A stretch of 64,000 bases of DNA from Vicugna vicugna (taxonomy: Eukaryota). A program made the translations under genes and the position numbers. The stretch spans positions 5,454,093 to 5,518,092 of the forward strand of contig MU058687.1 in NCBI GenBank assembly GCA_013265495.1. Direction: 5' to 3'. The notes beneath the pieces were generated by a model. That model saw only the letters and a list, made by a program, of their open reading frames with translations, had not been told where the DNA came from and made no database searches. This document shows, piece after piece, positions 52,420 to 64,000 of this stretch. Positions within the stretch are counted from its first letter, which is position 1. The number at the start of each line of letters is the position of its first letter.

Positions 52420-55090
52420 TTAAAAAAAATTTTTTTTGATTTATTCTGAATTTTTGAAATTTTTATTCATATTGAGGAAAAAAATCATACAAATAATAAA
52501 TCACTTAGAATTCTACTATATAGAGATAATCACTGTTAATATTGGGTAAGGTTTTCTCCAACCTTTTCTTAAGTAAATTAACAAATATTTGAAGTCATAG
52601 TGTATATAAAACTCTGGAACTTGCCAACTTCAAGCAAATAGTATAAACAATTACCCATATAATTAAATTCTTCAGAAATGGAATAGCTTTTCACTAGTCT
52701 TCTTTTAGGTTGCTTAGCAAAGTTTATGAATTTTCTTTATATATATATATACACTTCATGATAACCTTTTCTGTAGATATTTTCAAATTTTGTAACTATT
52801 AAGAAAAAAAGTTTCTATTATGTTTTCACATTTTTAAATACAAGCATGTAGGAAATCCACCAATTCTTGTGTATTCAAGTTTTAAATGGTTATCTTATTT
52901 CACTCTCTTATAATAGCTTTTAAGTTGATTCTTTTTAGCATTCTATATTATCTGAAAAGAATGATAACTGTGTCTCCTCCTTTCTAGTATGTTTAACTCA
53001 TTTATTTTTCATTTCTTATTGCATCTATTACAACTCTCAAGCCAATAGTAAACAATTAGTAATAACTGATGTAATTAATTTATTCCTAACTTTGAAATTT
53101 TTCTAGTCTTTCACTATTAAATATCACATTTTCCATTTATTTCAGACTGATAATTTTAGTAAACAATTTTTCCCTATTATAGGTCACTAAGGCTTTTATT
53201 TATTGTAAAACAAGTTGAGATGTTACATTTTCCTAAATAATTCCTTTTGTTACTATGCATGTGAAAAATAGGCTGACTGAGCATAAAATTCTTAAATCAT
53301 ATTTTTCTTACAAAATCAAAAGACTCTCTCTTATCATTCAATACTGTGAAAAAGGAGTGATTCATAAATAAAATAAATTATTCCTTCTGCCTAAATGTTT
53401 GTGGGAATTTTTTCCAAAATTAAAATATCCTGTAGGTTAAGTCTAGATGCCATTTTTTTTTCACCTGAATTTGACTTAACAAGTGCTTGCAAGGTGAAGA
53501 CTCAAGCATTCATCTGAGAAAAATTTTCTCCTCTTTTCACTTTATTTATTTTATTATTATTTATCTGACTTTTTTCTTGATATTTATAGGTTGAATAGCC
53601 TGGGATTGTTCTTCATATTTCTTATAGTCTCTCTTATATTGATTATTTACATTTTCCCATGAGTTTTGTGATCATTTCTCAAATATAGCTGAAGATAGTC
53701 ACTTTTTTCTTTTCATTCTTTTAGTTTTGTCTCATGTATTTGGAAGCTTTGCTTTTGGGTGCAATCACATTTACAGTTGTTGTTTCATTGTGAAGTGTTC
53801 CTACATATGCCTGGTAATATACTTTGTGCTTAAGTCTTTCAAATATTGTAGCCACTCTAACTTTCTTTTCATTAGTGTCTTTGTGGTATGTGTTTCCTCA
53901 ACCTTTTACTATCTTTTACGATTTTTCTGTCTATGAATTTATAGGCACAGTGGTTTCTTATAGATAAAATATAGTTGTGTCTTGAGTTAAAAAAAAATCC
54001 AATCTAGCAATCTCTGCCTTTTAATTGGGGAGTTTAGACCACTTATATTTAATGTAATTACTGATATGCTTGCATCTGAATCTACTCTATTGCTACTTCT
54101 TGTCTACTTGCCCCATCTATTTTCAGTTTCTCTTGTCTTCTTTTTTGCCTTCTTTTGATTCAATTTTATGTTCACTATGGGCTTGTTATACCTCAAATTT
54201 ATTCAAGATTGCTCTAGGGTTTAATATATATCTTTAATAGTCTAAATTGAAATTATCTTACATTATTTCATATATAGTGTAAGATACTTTCAAGAATATA
54301 TTTTCATTTTTTTCTCCCATAATTGGGATATTGTTTTTGTACATTTTACTTCTACATTTTATAAATCTCTTAAGACTTTATTTTTACTTTAGATGATGAA
54401 TTATTGTTAAAGAAATTAAAATAAGAACAATGTATCTTTTGTATATAGCACCTTTTGAAAAAACAGTTCTGCTACTCTTAATTTTTCTGTGTAAGATCCA
54501 CATTTCTAACTAGTATACTTCTTTTGATGGAAAAACTTCATTTAAACTTTTAGAGTGTACATCTGTTAACAATTATTTCAGCTTTGGTTTGTATGATGAA
54601 GGCTTCACTGTACCTTCATTATCAAAAGATATTTTTGCTGAATATAGACTTCTGGGTCAGCAGATTGTTATTTCATTATTGTTTGCGTTCCTTTCATCCT
54701 TTAAATATCTAAGTCTAATTATTTGACTGCATCATTTCTGATAAAATATCTGTTATAATTCTTATTTTTTGTTTCTCTGTATGTATGTTTCTTTTTTCCC
54801 TGTCTTCAAGGTTTTTTTCTTTATTTTTGCTTTTAATCAGTTTGACCATGATGTGTCTAGGTATGTCTTTTCATATCGATCTACTGTGGAATTCTCTGAG
54901 CTTCTGTATATTATTATGTTTCATTAATTTTAGAAAATTGTTAGCAATCATCTCTAAAGATTTTTAATGTTCTGTTTTCTCTCAGTTATTCTCATTAGAT
55001 GTCAGTAATGCATATAACAGACCATTTACTATTGTCCACCAACTTCTGAATCTTTTATTTTTATCCTCCACTATTTTTTTGTCTTTGTGT
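52420..55090 (-). mobile_element. Fragmented old L1M (L1ME/MC-type) pieces
   Basis: T-rich antisense L1 motifs, e.g. 'atccaatctagcaatctctgccttttaattgg...tttagaccacttatatttaatgtaatt', 'gatatttttgctgaatatagacttctggg'. Confidence 0.7.
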
Positions 55091-55639
55091 TGAGACTGAT
55101 GGTGCTCTTCTCATATAATGACATGATCTGAGTCTTTATTCACTTTATTCCCTGTTACACATTCCAATTTGACAGAGTCCCAATAAGAAGGGAAATCCCT
55201 TATTACAACTGAAAATAGGTCTAAGTGCCATAAATCTTAAAGAGCCTTTATAGGGTATGATAAAGGAAAGACTGAGTTAGCAAGTATTAAAGGGAATTTG
55301 CCAAGCAGTCTTTTCTTTGCTTATGGTGACTCACAGGCCGGTTGGCCCTTCCTTTAGAGTGACATGGGCTTGAAACAACTGGACTAAGTGGTAGTCAGCA
55401 GGCACAGGGAGTGGTACACTAATCTTAGTCTCAGTAAAATCTCTGAGAAGTATAACTCAAGCTACTGCTATAGTTCTCATAGCCTGTACCTGACTGTAGT
55501 AGCCGAATGAATGAAGCAGGGGCCCATCTGAAGCTGGCGCCTTGTAGGATAAGTCACCTTATTTAAGGAAGTATTACATTCGTAGTTTACTGACAGCTGT
55601 CAAAACAAACATAAAAATACCTTGAACACACATGGATGA

Positions 55640-55950
55640 AACTCACTTAGTAATTGCTAGAACAAGTAAACAGAAAACCAGTAAGGCTACAGAAGAACTG
55701 AGCAACACCATCAGTCAACTTTATCAAACTGATATTTACAGGATCCTCCATCCAACAACAGAAGAACATACTTTATTTTCTGGTCAGGGAGCATTCTCTA
55801 TAATAGGCTCTTCTCTAAAATAAATTTCAACAAATGTAAAAGAATTTAAATCCTACAGAATGTAGTTTATGACCATAATGAAGTTAAACTGTCCTACTAA
55901 TAGAAAGATATTTGAGATATACCCAAATATTTAGAAATTATACAAAACTG
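55640..55950 (+). mobile_element. L1 ORF2 endonuclease-domain fragment
   Basis: ORF 55632-55823 contains SKQKTSKATEELSNTISQLYQTDIYRILHPTTEEHTLFS, matching the L1 EN motif DIYRxLHP. Confidence 0.85.
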
Positions 55951-57079
55951 ATTTTTTTGGTGAGTCTCTCAAATTTATCCCTTTCCTCCTCAAACCTAAA
56001 TTTTGGGGGGGGTTATTTCTCAGAGGATATTGCCATCTTAACATCCTCTCATACATTAAAATCTTCTACTCTTTACTTTTCATAAGACTCCAACTCCCTC
56101 TACCAAACACAGCCTAATCCCTTTACAAATCTTGTGATCCAACTCCTGAAAAGTCCCCATTTCACAGTCCTGCTATATCCCCAGTTCAGTTCCTTCTTAC
56201 CTCCCCGTGGCTATCATATCAATTTCCAAACAATCTTCCTTTTTTCATCCACTCCTTTAATTCAGTCTTACAACAAGTGTTATCTTCCTGAAACAGGGTC
56301 TCAAGGGAAATGTGCAATGATCTATTACTCCTTTTAGATATCACTATCATAAAAGTATTTCTGTGGCCAGAAATATTAGGGAAACATAGTATATTACATT
56401 TATCTCTTTGATTGTTATAATATATATTTGACATGTTGATTTATTTGAATTACTGCATAAAACACCTGTTTACTTAACCTAGCATGCACCAAATGTTTGA
56501 AAATTTAGTTGTTGTTTTTTTTCATATAATACCTACAAATACACTAAGAATAACTGTTTAAAGAATGTCCTTTAGCAAATACTTTCCTAAATCACAACAT
56601 AGCTTCACTTTCCCCCTCCATTAAAAACTGTGGTATAGAATTGCTTGTGAAATGATACCCAAGCTCTATGGCCTAGATGCAAAGGCCTTTCATGGTCTGG
56701 CTTCAAGCTTCCTTTTGAATCTCATTTTCCTTATACTCCCCATCCCCAGTTTACCAAACTGTTCATGACTCAACCACTCTGGACTAGTGTCCATGAGCCA
56801 AACAATACCTTTACTTTCCTTCTCATCTTGCTCTTTCCCCTGTGTCCACTGTTTAATTTCTGCCCATCTTTCCATATCAAGCTGAAATACAGCTTCATCT
56901 GTAATGAGGTATCGTTTGTTTATTCAGAAAATACTTGGGCCTATTCCAGGAAGGAATAGCTGGACAGACTATTATTAATAGCTTTCTTTTCATAATAATC
57001 CAATAGCAAGTTTTGCATATGTTACATTTTTGCTTATATTGTATTTTACATATTTTTAAGCGCTTATCAAAAGCTGATC

Positions 57080-57945
57080 CTCAAATACACTAGGCACCCT
57101 CATGCCTAAGATTTACATTTGCTGTTTCCTCTCCTAAGCTACTCTTTTCCCAGATGTCTCTATCATGGCCACTCCCTTATCTCTTTAAGGTCTAGGCTCA
57201 AATGACAACTTCTCAAGGAGGTCTTCTCTGACCATACTTTAGAATTATATCTCCCCTTCTCCCTTTTAAATCTTATTTTTCTCCATAATATTTACCACAT
57301 ATTAAAATGTAAATGTTACATATATGTGTGGTATAAACTCCATAGTCACCAGGATTTTCATCTATCTCATTCAGTGATATGTGCACAGTGCTCAGAACAT
57401 GGCCCACCATGTAGTAGGTATGATGGCTCATTCCAGGTGCCAACTTTGCTAGGCCACAGTAATCAGATACTTGGTCAAACATGAGTCTAGGTGGCACTAT
57501 GAAGGTTTTTTTTTTAGATAAGATGAACATTTAATTCAGTGGACTTTGAGCAAAACCAATGACCCTCCACAATATGAGTGGGCCTCACTCAATCAGTTGA
57601 AGGCCTTAAGAGAAAAAAACTGAGATTCCCCCAGGGAAGAGGGAACTCTGCCTTCAGACTGCATTCAAGCTGCAGCATCAGCTCTTCTGGGGGTTTCCAG
57701 GCTGCCGACTTGCCCTGCAAATTTCAGACTTTCCAGGCCTCACAATCTTGGGAGCCAATTCGTCCCTCTATCTAGATGCTTCTCTGTATATATGGGTATA
57801 GACATAGGTATAAGTATCTATGTTTACATCCATATCTAGCTAGCTATATCTAGAGAGAAAGAGAGACATCCTACTGGTGCTCTTCTTCTGGAGAACCCTG
57901 ACTAAATACTGTAGGCATTCAGTAGCACTTGCTGAATGAATAGCT
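57080..57945 (+). mobile_element. L2 3' end, split by an MLT2 LTR
   Basis: 'gctgtttcctctcct...ctcaaatgacaacttctc...cagtgctcagaaca...' resuming as 'gtaggcattcagtagcacttgctgaatgaat'. Confidence 0.75.
57419..57910 (+). mobile_element. ERVL solo LTR (MLT2B-like) with 5-bp TSD GTAGG
   Basis: GTAGG at 57414-57418 and 57911-57915; 'gggcctcactcaatcagttgaaggcctta', 'tctggagaaccctgactaaatac'. Confidence 0.9.
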
Positions 57946-60231
57946 AAATGATTTATTATTAGTTACGTACAGATCCAATCCCCTTACTATACTCTAAGGT
58001 CCCTGAAAAGGCTGTAACTTACTTATTTTTCTATTTTTTCAGTGCCTAACACCATTATTCATTCATTTATTCAACATATATTGGTTGATTCCCTACCTAG
58101 TTGGGCCCATACTGCACACACGCCTCGTACTTTCCTACCTCTCTGGCTTTACTCTCCCCTCCCCCTGTTCACTTATTTAATTCCACCTATCCTTCAAAAT
58201 CCAGTTCAAATATAACATCGCCTATGAATAAGAAGCCATTCATCTATTCAGCAAACATGAATTAAATGTCTACTATGTACACCAAGTACTGGGTTATGTT
58301 TGTTGAATAAACATATGAGTTTCTAAAAAGAAAGAGTTACATAAAGAGAAAGCTAGCATAATTAAGAGAAACATGCTCATTAAGGTTGGACTTATTAGAG
58401 AGTCTATACGTTAATAGCATCCCAAACACCAAAAGTACACAGATTGATTGACTGGAATGGCTTTAGTCATCTCTGAAATGCAGTCACCAATCAGCCGAAG
58501 GACCACAGCACTGGAGCTTTCAGTACAGAAAAACAGCACATTCATGTGAAATCAAAAGGTCAAGTAAATGCAGGCAGTGAAAAGGGGACAAGTTCAAATG
58601 TGAGTGCAGCAGGTTGGGGGTAATGAAGAAGGATTTTCAAAGGAACATCATTTTTGCACCTCATCCATATTTTCATCATCCATCAAAGGTGATTAGTCCA
58701 GAGTAAGTGTCAGCGCTACATGCTAAAGCTTTATGTATGAGGTGAAAAGTAGTCTTCTTGGCTCCTGCCTTGCACTGAAATGATTTATGAAGATAACTGA
58801 GACTGACAGATTGAAAAGGTCGCTTGTCCAGTCCGCCCACCACACCTCATCTTGCTTCCATGTCATAATAAACTTCACTTGCAGACTCTGTCTGAGAGCA
58901 TGTCCATATGCCTTGGATGCTCCAGAAGCTAAAAGGTCATTTTGGATCTGAGTGCCTCTCGGTTATGTGTGGGTGCTCCTGGTCTCCCCTCACCTGCATA
59001 CTTTTGTACTGAAAGCCTCAAGCAGGTAAGTTTCCATCTCTTTTTCAGCCTGTAAGCTTGGGTCTGAATCATAAATTATATTTTTCTATTTTACAGTCAG
59101 AAAAATCTCCTCTTGAATGATAATAAAATCAGTAGACCAGACGCTGCCCTTCGTTACTAATGTACAAATCCTGCTAAAGTCAGCAGAACTTAAGGGCATG
59201 CAACTTTGGGCAGAATGTATTCCAACTTTTTCTTTCCTTGCTGGATTTTTATTACCTGACATCTTTCTGATTCCTCTGGATTGCACAATAAGGGAAGGGT
59301 GGCCCAGTTTGGGTAAAATAAAAAATGACCCAAACCACTGACCTAAATCCTGCCTTTGAAATTTAAAATTACATTTACTAGGAAGGAAAATAGTTTTTTG
59401 AGTGTGGGTGGTTTTCTTTTTCAAAACCCATTTTCAAATGTTGACCTCCTGAATGTTATCATACCAGTTTGGATTGGAAAACAGAAGGGTAGGTAAACAT
59501 TTTTTTAAAGCTTGGTTGGGGGAGGTCATCCTTTCTGAATTCATTATCTGAAAAGAAGCAAGAAATACCAAGAACTTTCCTTTTTCAAAAGATTTCCTGG
59601 TCATATTGCCAGATTTTCCAAAAGTAAATTGTCCAATTTTTGTGAAATATTGAAACTTTTTTGTTTTCCCTTCTTGCAAAGGTAAACAAATGTGGTGAAG
59701 AAGCAAAGGAAGGAAAGCTTTGCTTGGGGCAGGGAATGGGGGATGGACGTGTGGAAGGCTCATCCTTTGCACAAATAAATGACAACCTACATGGCTTGAT
59801 GTGATGACTCAAAAACTATCCCACTATAAATCTCACAGCTCTTCCCTTGCACCTGAGATGCCTACTAAAGTCAGTCTTTTCAGATAAGATGCTACCTCCA
59901 GAAGCAGTCTGTAAAATTACCTGGACTCTAACACATTGTAACCACACATCCAGTTATTTATCAATTCCTTATCTGAGATAGGAGCCCGGAACAAATGAAA
60001 CATGAAAGAGGCAAATTTTGATGAGAAAGAGGAAGGATAGCTTTGATAAAGGAGGAAGGAAAGATTGGGAGCAAGCTCTCTGTACATTACATTAAAACTT
60101 CTCTCACTGTGTTGCCATTCTTTGTGTATACAACTTGTCCCTGACTTAAATTGATCTTGAAATCGGGGTCTCTTCCTCACTTATTTTTGTTTCACTGGCA
60201 CCTAACACAGGGCCTAATAACATGGATAGAG

Positions 60232-60460
60232 TTTACCATAGTGCTTGGACTTCACAGTCTTTGTATGAGTTCAAATTCTGCCAGTTATAAGCCACGTGAC
60301 TTTGAGTAAGATATTACGTCTCATTGAGCCTAAAATGTAAACTGGGCATAATAATTCCTTTCTTCAAATGTTCTTCTGAGGATTAAGTAAGATAGACTTT
60401 TAAGTACTTCTCACAGTGCTTGGCACAGAGCTTATATTTAATGAAAATTATAATTATTAT
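60232..60460 (+). mobile_element. MIR SINE adjacent to L2 tail fragments
   Basis: 'gagttcaaattctgcc...gtgactttgagtaag...gaggattaagtaagata...cacagtgcttggcacagag'. Confidence 0.75.
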
Positions 60461-60914
60461 TATTATACATTCAAAAATTGTTGAATGAATCAGTCAAGCA
60501 ACTAATGAGAATTAACAATGGAGTAACAGGCATATAGAGTTCTGGATCGATGTAGATACTTAAGGGTGGAGGTGGGGAGTATGTCAAGAAAGCATGAAGC
60601 AATTCAACTCAGTCTTTTTTTTTCTCAGCACATTTTCAAAAACTCCACATTTAGTGGACACATGAATATAAAAAAAAGTCTCAAAACAGCAGTGAAGTAG
60701 CAATAATTTAGAATAACAATGTTTCACAATGTCAACACTATGCACTGGTCATCCCAAGTAGCTGTTTAAATCAAACTATGTATGTGCTCTCTGAAATTCT
60801 TATAAAGCAAAGCCACAGTAAATATGTGCTCTTTCTTTCATGCTGACATGATGTTAATTGGGCCTCTGACCTCATTCTGATCATGGTATATCTCATGCTA
60901 CATCATAAAAAGAA

Positions 60915-61170
60915 AAGTAATATTTATGAGAGCTTACTATGTACTCAGCATGTTTCGAAGTACTTTACATGAAACTGTTTAATTCTCACAACTCTGTAAG
61001 TATTCCCTACATGGAAATTATCACTGTCATCTTCATTTTACAGATGAGGAAACTGAGGCACATGGAATCAAATAACTTGGCATACATCACAGGGGCAGCA
61101 AGTGCTGCAGTAGATATTTGAGCCCAGGTGGGCAGACTCCAGAGTTCTCAACCACTGTGTTATATGCCCC
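60915..61170 (-). mobile_element. MIR SINE
   Basis: Near-consensus core 'cattttacagatgaggaaactgaggcaca...atttgagcccagg...gactccagag...ctcaaccactgtg'. Confidence 0.9.
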
Positions 61171-62922
61171 ACAAGATACACTAGCTCCACATGCCTATCA
61201 CAGGCACCATCATAGCAGTGTTTGTATATTGTTTTGTAGCTAAATAAATTATTCAGACTGGTGGAAATATAGCTGTACACCTGGGAAGGCTCTGCACCAA
61301 TGATATGAGATCTGCTGGTGGAGGCACAGTGCCCTATAAGCAAATTCTACTCAAATCACAAGTACACCAAGGGACAACATGCCAATCTGCAGAAGCAGGG
61401 CAAAAATTGACCACATTCTCAAACATATGAGGAGATGTGGCCTGTCATGAGATTTCAGCAATAGTCCCATTTCACCGGTATTGCTGTTGAGGGCCTCTTC
61501 AAATCTCTTTCCAAGTGTTCTGCCAGTGGGCAGACTTGGAGGTAGCAGCCGAACAATTGTGAGGCATAGCCAGAGCTTCCTAAAGCCTCCTACCTAAACC
61601 TCTAGCAATTTGTCTCACATCAAATCTTTGCTTAAAAATAAACTTAAACATGACAGTCACTGAAACAAAGGGCAACAACTACTGAAGACAGCAACCAACA
61701 TGGGGAATCCAGAATCCTCCTTTCCGCTTGTGTTCTGGGCCCAGACCTGTGCACCTGTGTACCAGTAGGTCTTGTCAGTGGTATCACACACCAGCTTACT
61801 GCTTTGGGGAATTTTGCTTATTCATATTTTTATATTTGTGCATGAGCTGGTTAATAGAGTTCCCCACTTTGATTTGTTGCCCTTGGATTGATTATATCTA
61901 GATGTTAAGATTAAGCAGTAGCATCCATTTTTCCATTTTCTGTACAATAGCAGAATTCAGTAATTCCTGTCTAACTGAAATTTTTATAACCATTGCAATT
62001 GTACAGTGTATTGCATCCAAATAAAATGTTAGTTCGGTCCTAGAATAGGCAGATTGGATTACATAGTTATTAAAATATGGAAAACAGCCCAAGAACTTTG
62101 GGGAACTCAAATTTTTACCCTTGGTATCTTCACCTCTGCAAGCCCTCTCTCTCTTCAGTTGAAACAGTCATGACCATAGTGGAAAACTGGTAAGCTCCTC
62201 AGTTGAAAAGTTCTTAAAAAGTCCACAGAAGACTTTTAATTTTGCACATCACCTTTCATCTCTAGGGCTGTCCCTGCTGATTCATTCATCCTCTCCTCTG
62301 TCTCTTAACTCAGGAGAGAGTATGACCCCTAAACATGAGAAGCACCCTCCCTTGGCAGATGGAGAAAATGAGCTTCTGATTGGTTCTCCACTCAAAAAGT
62401 CAATATTCAGAAAATCACGCAGCACAGGGAGAACCCACGTCATGACTGGAGCATGCCAATTCAAAAGTCACCCTCACCCTCAGATCCCACTGAAGTATCT
62501 TAATACCTGGGAACAGTATTTCCAGGAAGGTAAATACTGTAGAACTCTACATTTGTCATTAAACTTCAAATATCCTCATGCTGTACCCAAGGAGTGGTGA
62601 CTGGTGTAGAGGGATTTCTGAAGACTGCTGCCCCTGTAACAGCTAAATGTCCGTAAGAGGAACCAGCTAGATGACTGGTACCAGGAAATAAAGACAGAAG
62701 AACATAACAAGAGTCCAAGTCATCATCATCCTTTATCTGAACGACTGTAATACTTTGTCTGCCACCATTCTTGCCCACCCCAATTCTTTCTCTTCATATA
62801 GACCAGGGTTATTTTCACAAACACTGTCCTGCCCTACTTAGACTCTTAATGGAGTCCCATTTCACAAAGAAGAAAATGCCTCATCTTCAGCCCTTTATCC
62901 CTTCTCTCGTATGTTCCAGTAA

Positions 62923-62993
62923 CAGTCAGGCCTCCATACACATGGGTTCTGCATCTGCAAATTCAACCAATCATGACGGAAAACACAGTAGCC

Positions 62994-63027
<34 letters not shown>

Positions 63028-63324
63028 AAAAAAAAAAATATTATTATTATTGGAAAAACACAAAAAAAAAAAAAAAAAAAAAAAAAAAGGAGAGTTCCCA
63101 AAAGCAAAATTTGCATTTGCTCTTCCCTGGCCACTCTTTACACTGCATTTACATTGTAATAGGTATTATGTGTACTCTAGAGATGATTTACAATATACAG
63201 GAGGATGTGCATAGGTAATATGCAAATACTGTGTCACTTTATAAAAGGGACTTGGGCATCCATGGATTTTGGTACCCACAGGAGGTCCAGGAGCCAATCC
63301 CCCATAGATACCAAGGAACAACTG
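62923..63324 (-). mobile_element. MER2/MER2B-like Tigger MITE with internal poly(A) array
   Basis: TIRs 'cagtcaggcctccata' and 'gccaatcccccatagataccaaggaacaactg'; 'gggacttgggcatccatggattttggta'. Confidence 0.85.
62994..63088. repeat. Compound poly(A) runs
   Basis: Three long A runs separated by short spacers. Confidence 0.9.
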
Positions 63325-63584
63325 TGTTCACCACCTTTAACTTCTTGAACCATGCCAAACCATTTCCCAACTCAGAGCACAAACATTTCCCTCTTCCTGA
63401 AGCACATCCTTCTCCTCTTCTCCCCCAACTCCCAGATGACTGCCCTCCTCTCTGGTTCTTCCCATGAATGGCCTCTTATTTTTCAGATTTGGCCTTTCAT
63501 GTCCCTCCTGAGACAGGCCTTTCATTATTAACCTAGGCAGATATCACCCACTCTTCCCTGTCACAACACCCTGTTTAATTTCTT

Positions 63585-64000
63585 CATTTAACATGTATTT
63601 TGTGTACTTCGTATGTGCCAAAGAGTGTTTTAAGCATTGTGGATACCACAGTGAACAAAACAGACAAAAAACGTGTGCTTCCATTAGTCAGAGAGGCAGA
63701 CAATGAGAAAAATGAATCAGTAAATGAGTATGGAAAACATTTAGACACTAAAATTTCTTTTAGATAGAAGAGCTAGAGAAAATTTTACTGAGAGGGTGAC
63801 CTGTGAGAAGAGACAGCCAGGACAGGAGGGGTGAGTCAGATGACTCTCCAAGGAAAGAGTGTTCCAGGCAGAGGGAGCATCAGGTGCAGGAGCCCTTGTG
63901 GTAGGACAGTGCCTGGGGTGTTTGAGGGAGGCAGGGAGCTGAGCCAGCGGAAGCGAACTGAGGCGGAGGACAGTTGTAAGAGATGAGGCTGGAGAAGTGA
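63585..64000 (-). mobile_element. L2 LINE 3' portion
   Basis: 'cagtgaacaaaacagacaaaa...agtgttccaggcagaggga...gtgcctgg...gagatgaggctggagaag'. Confidence 0.85.

Noticed and set aside
61456..61486. Hairpin CAGCAATA...TATTGCTG as a miRNA precursor
   Set aside because: The stem is only 8 bp, too short for a pre-miRNA.
62771..63218. Poly-Lys / poly-Phe ORFs
   Set aside because: Translations of poly(A) runs within MER2.
1..64000. CRISPR array, operon or other prokaryote-type system
   Set aside because: The sequence is mammalian non-coding DNA, with no regularly spaced repeat-spacer array or gene-dense ORF organisation.

Overview
Eukaryotic (mammalian) DNA: AT-rich, CpG-poor and repeat-dense, typical of a large intron or intergenic region. 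One tRNA-derived SINE (11308-11438) and the 3' tails of the youngest L1 copies look camelid (camel/alpaca), and no ruminant or pig SINEs were seen. The species call is from recalled consensus sequences, not a search. Much of the window is decayed transposable elements: MIR, L2, L1M/L1, MLT1/MLT2 LTRs, MER5, MER82, MER96B and MER2-type. These include a three-layer nested L1 complex at about 39620-47545 containing a 118-N gap. No conventional protein-coding gene, RNA gene or prokaryote-type system can be supported; the only ORFs with recognisable homology are broken L1 ORF2 pieces. The best observations are small DNA-repair or retrotransposition scars: a telomeric (TTAGGG)n insertion with a target duplication inside an MLT2 LTR, a perfect 35-nt copy of sequence from 896 bp away, a 45-nt local duplication, and a 16-nt poly(A)-tailed micro-retrocopy. 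There are also several unverified minus-strand exon candidates (12, 14 and 48 nt, plus two short ATG-to-donor exons). Repeat family names are by-eye assignments, and boundaries are approximate unless a TSD is quoted.
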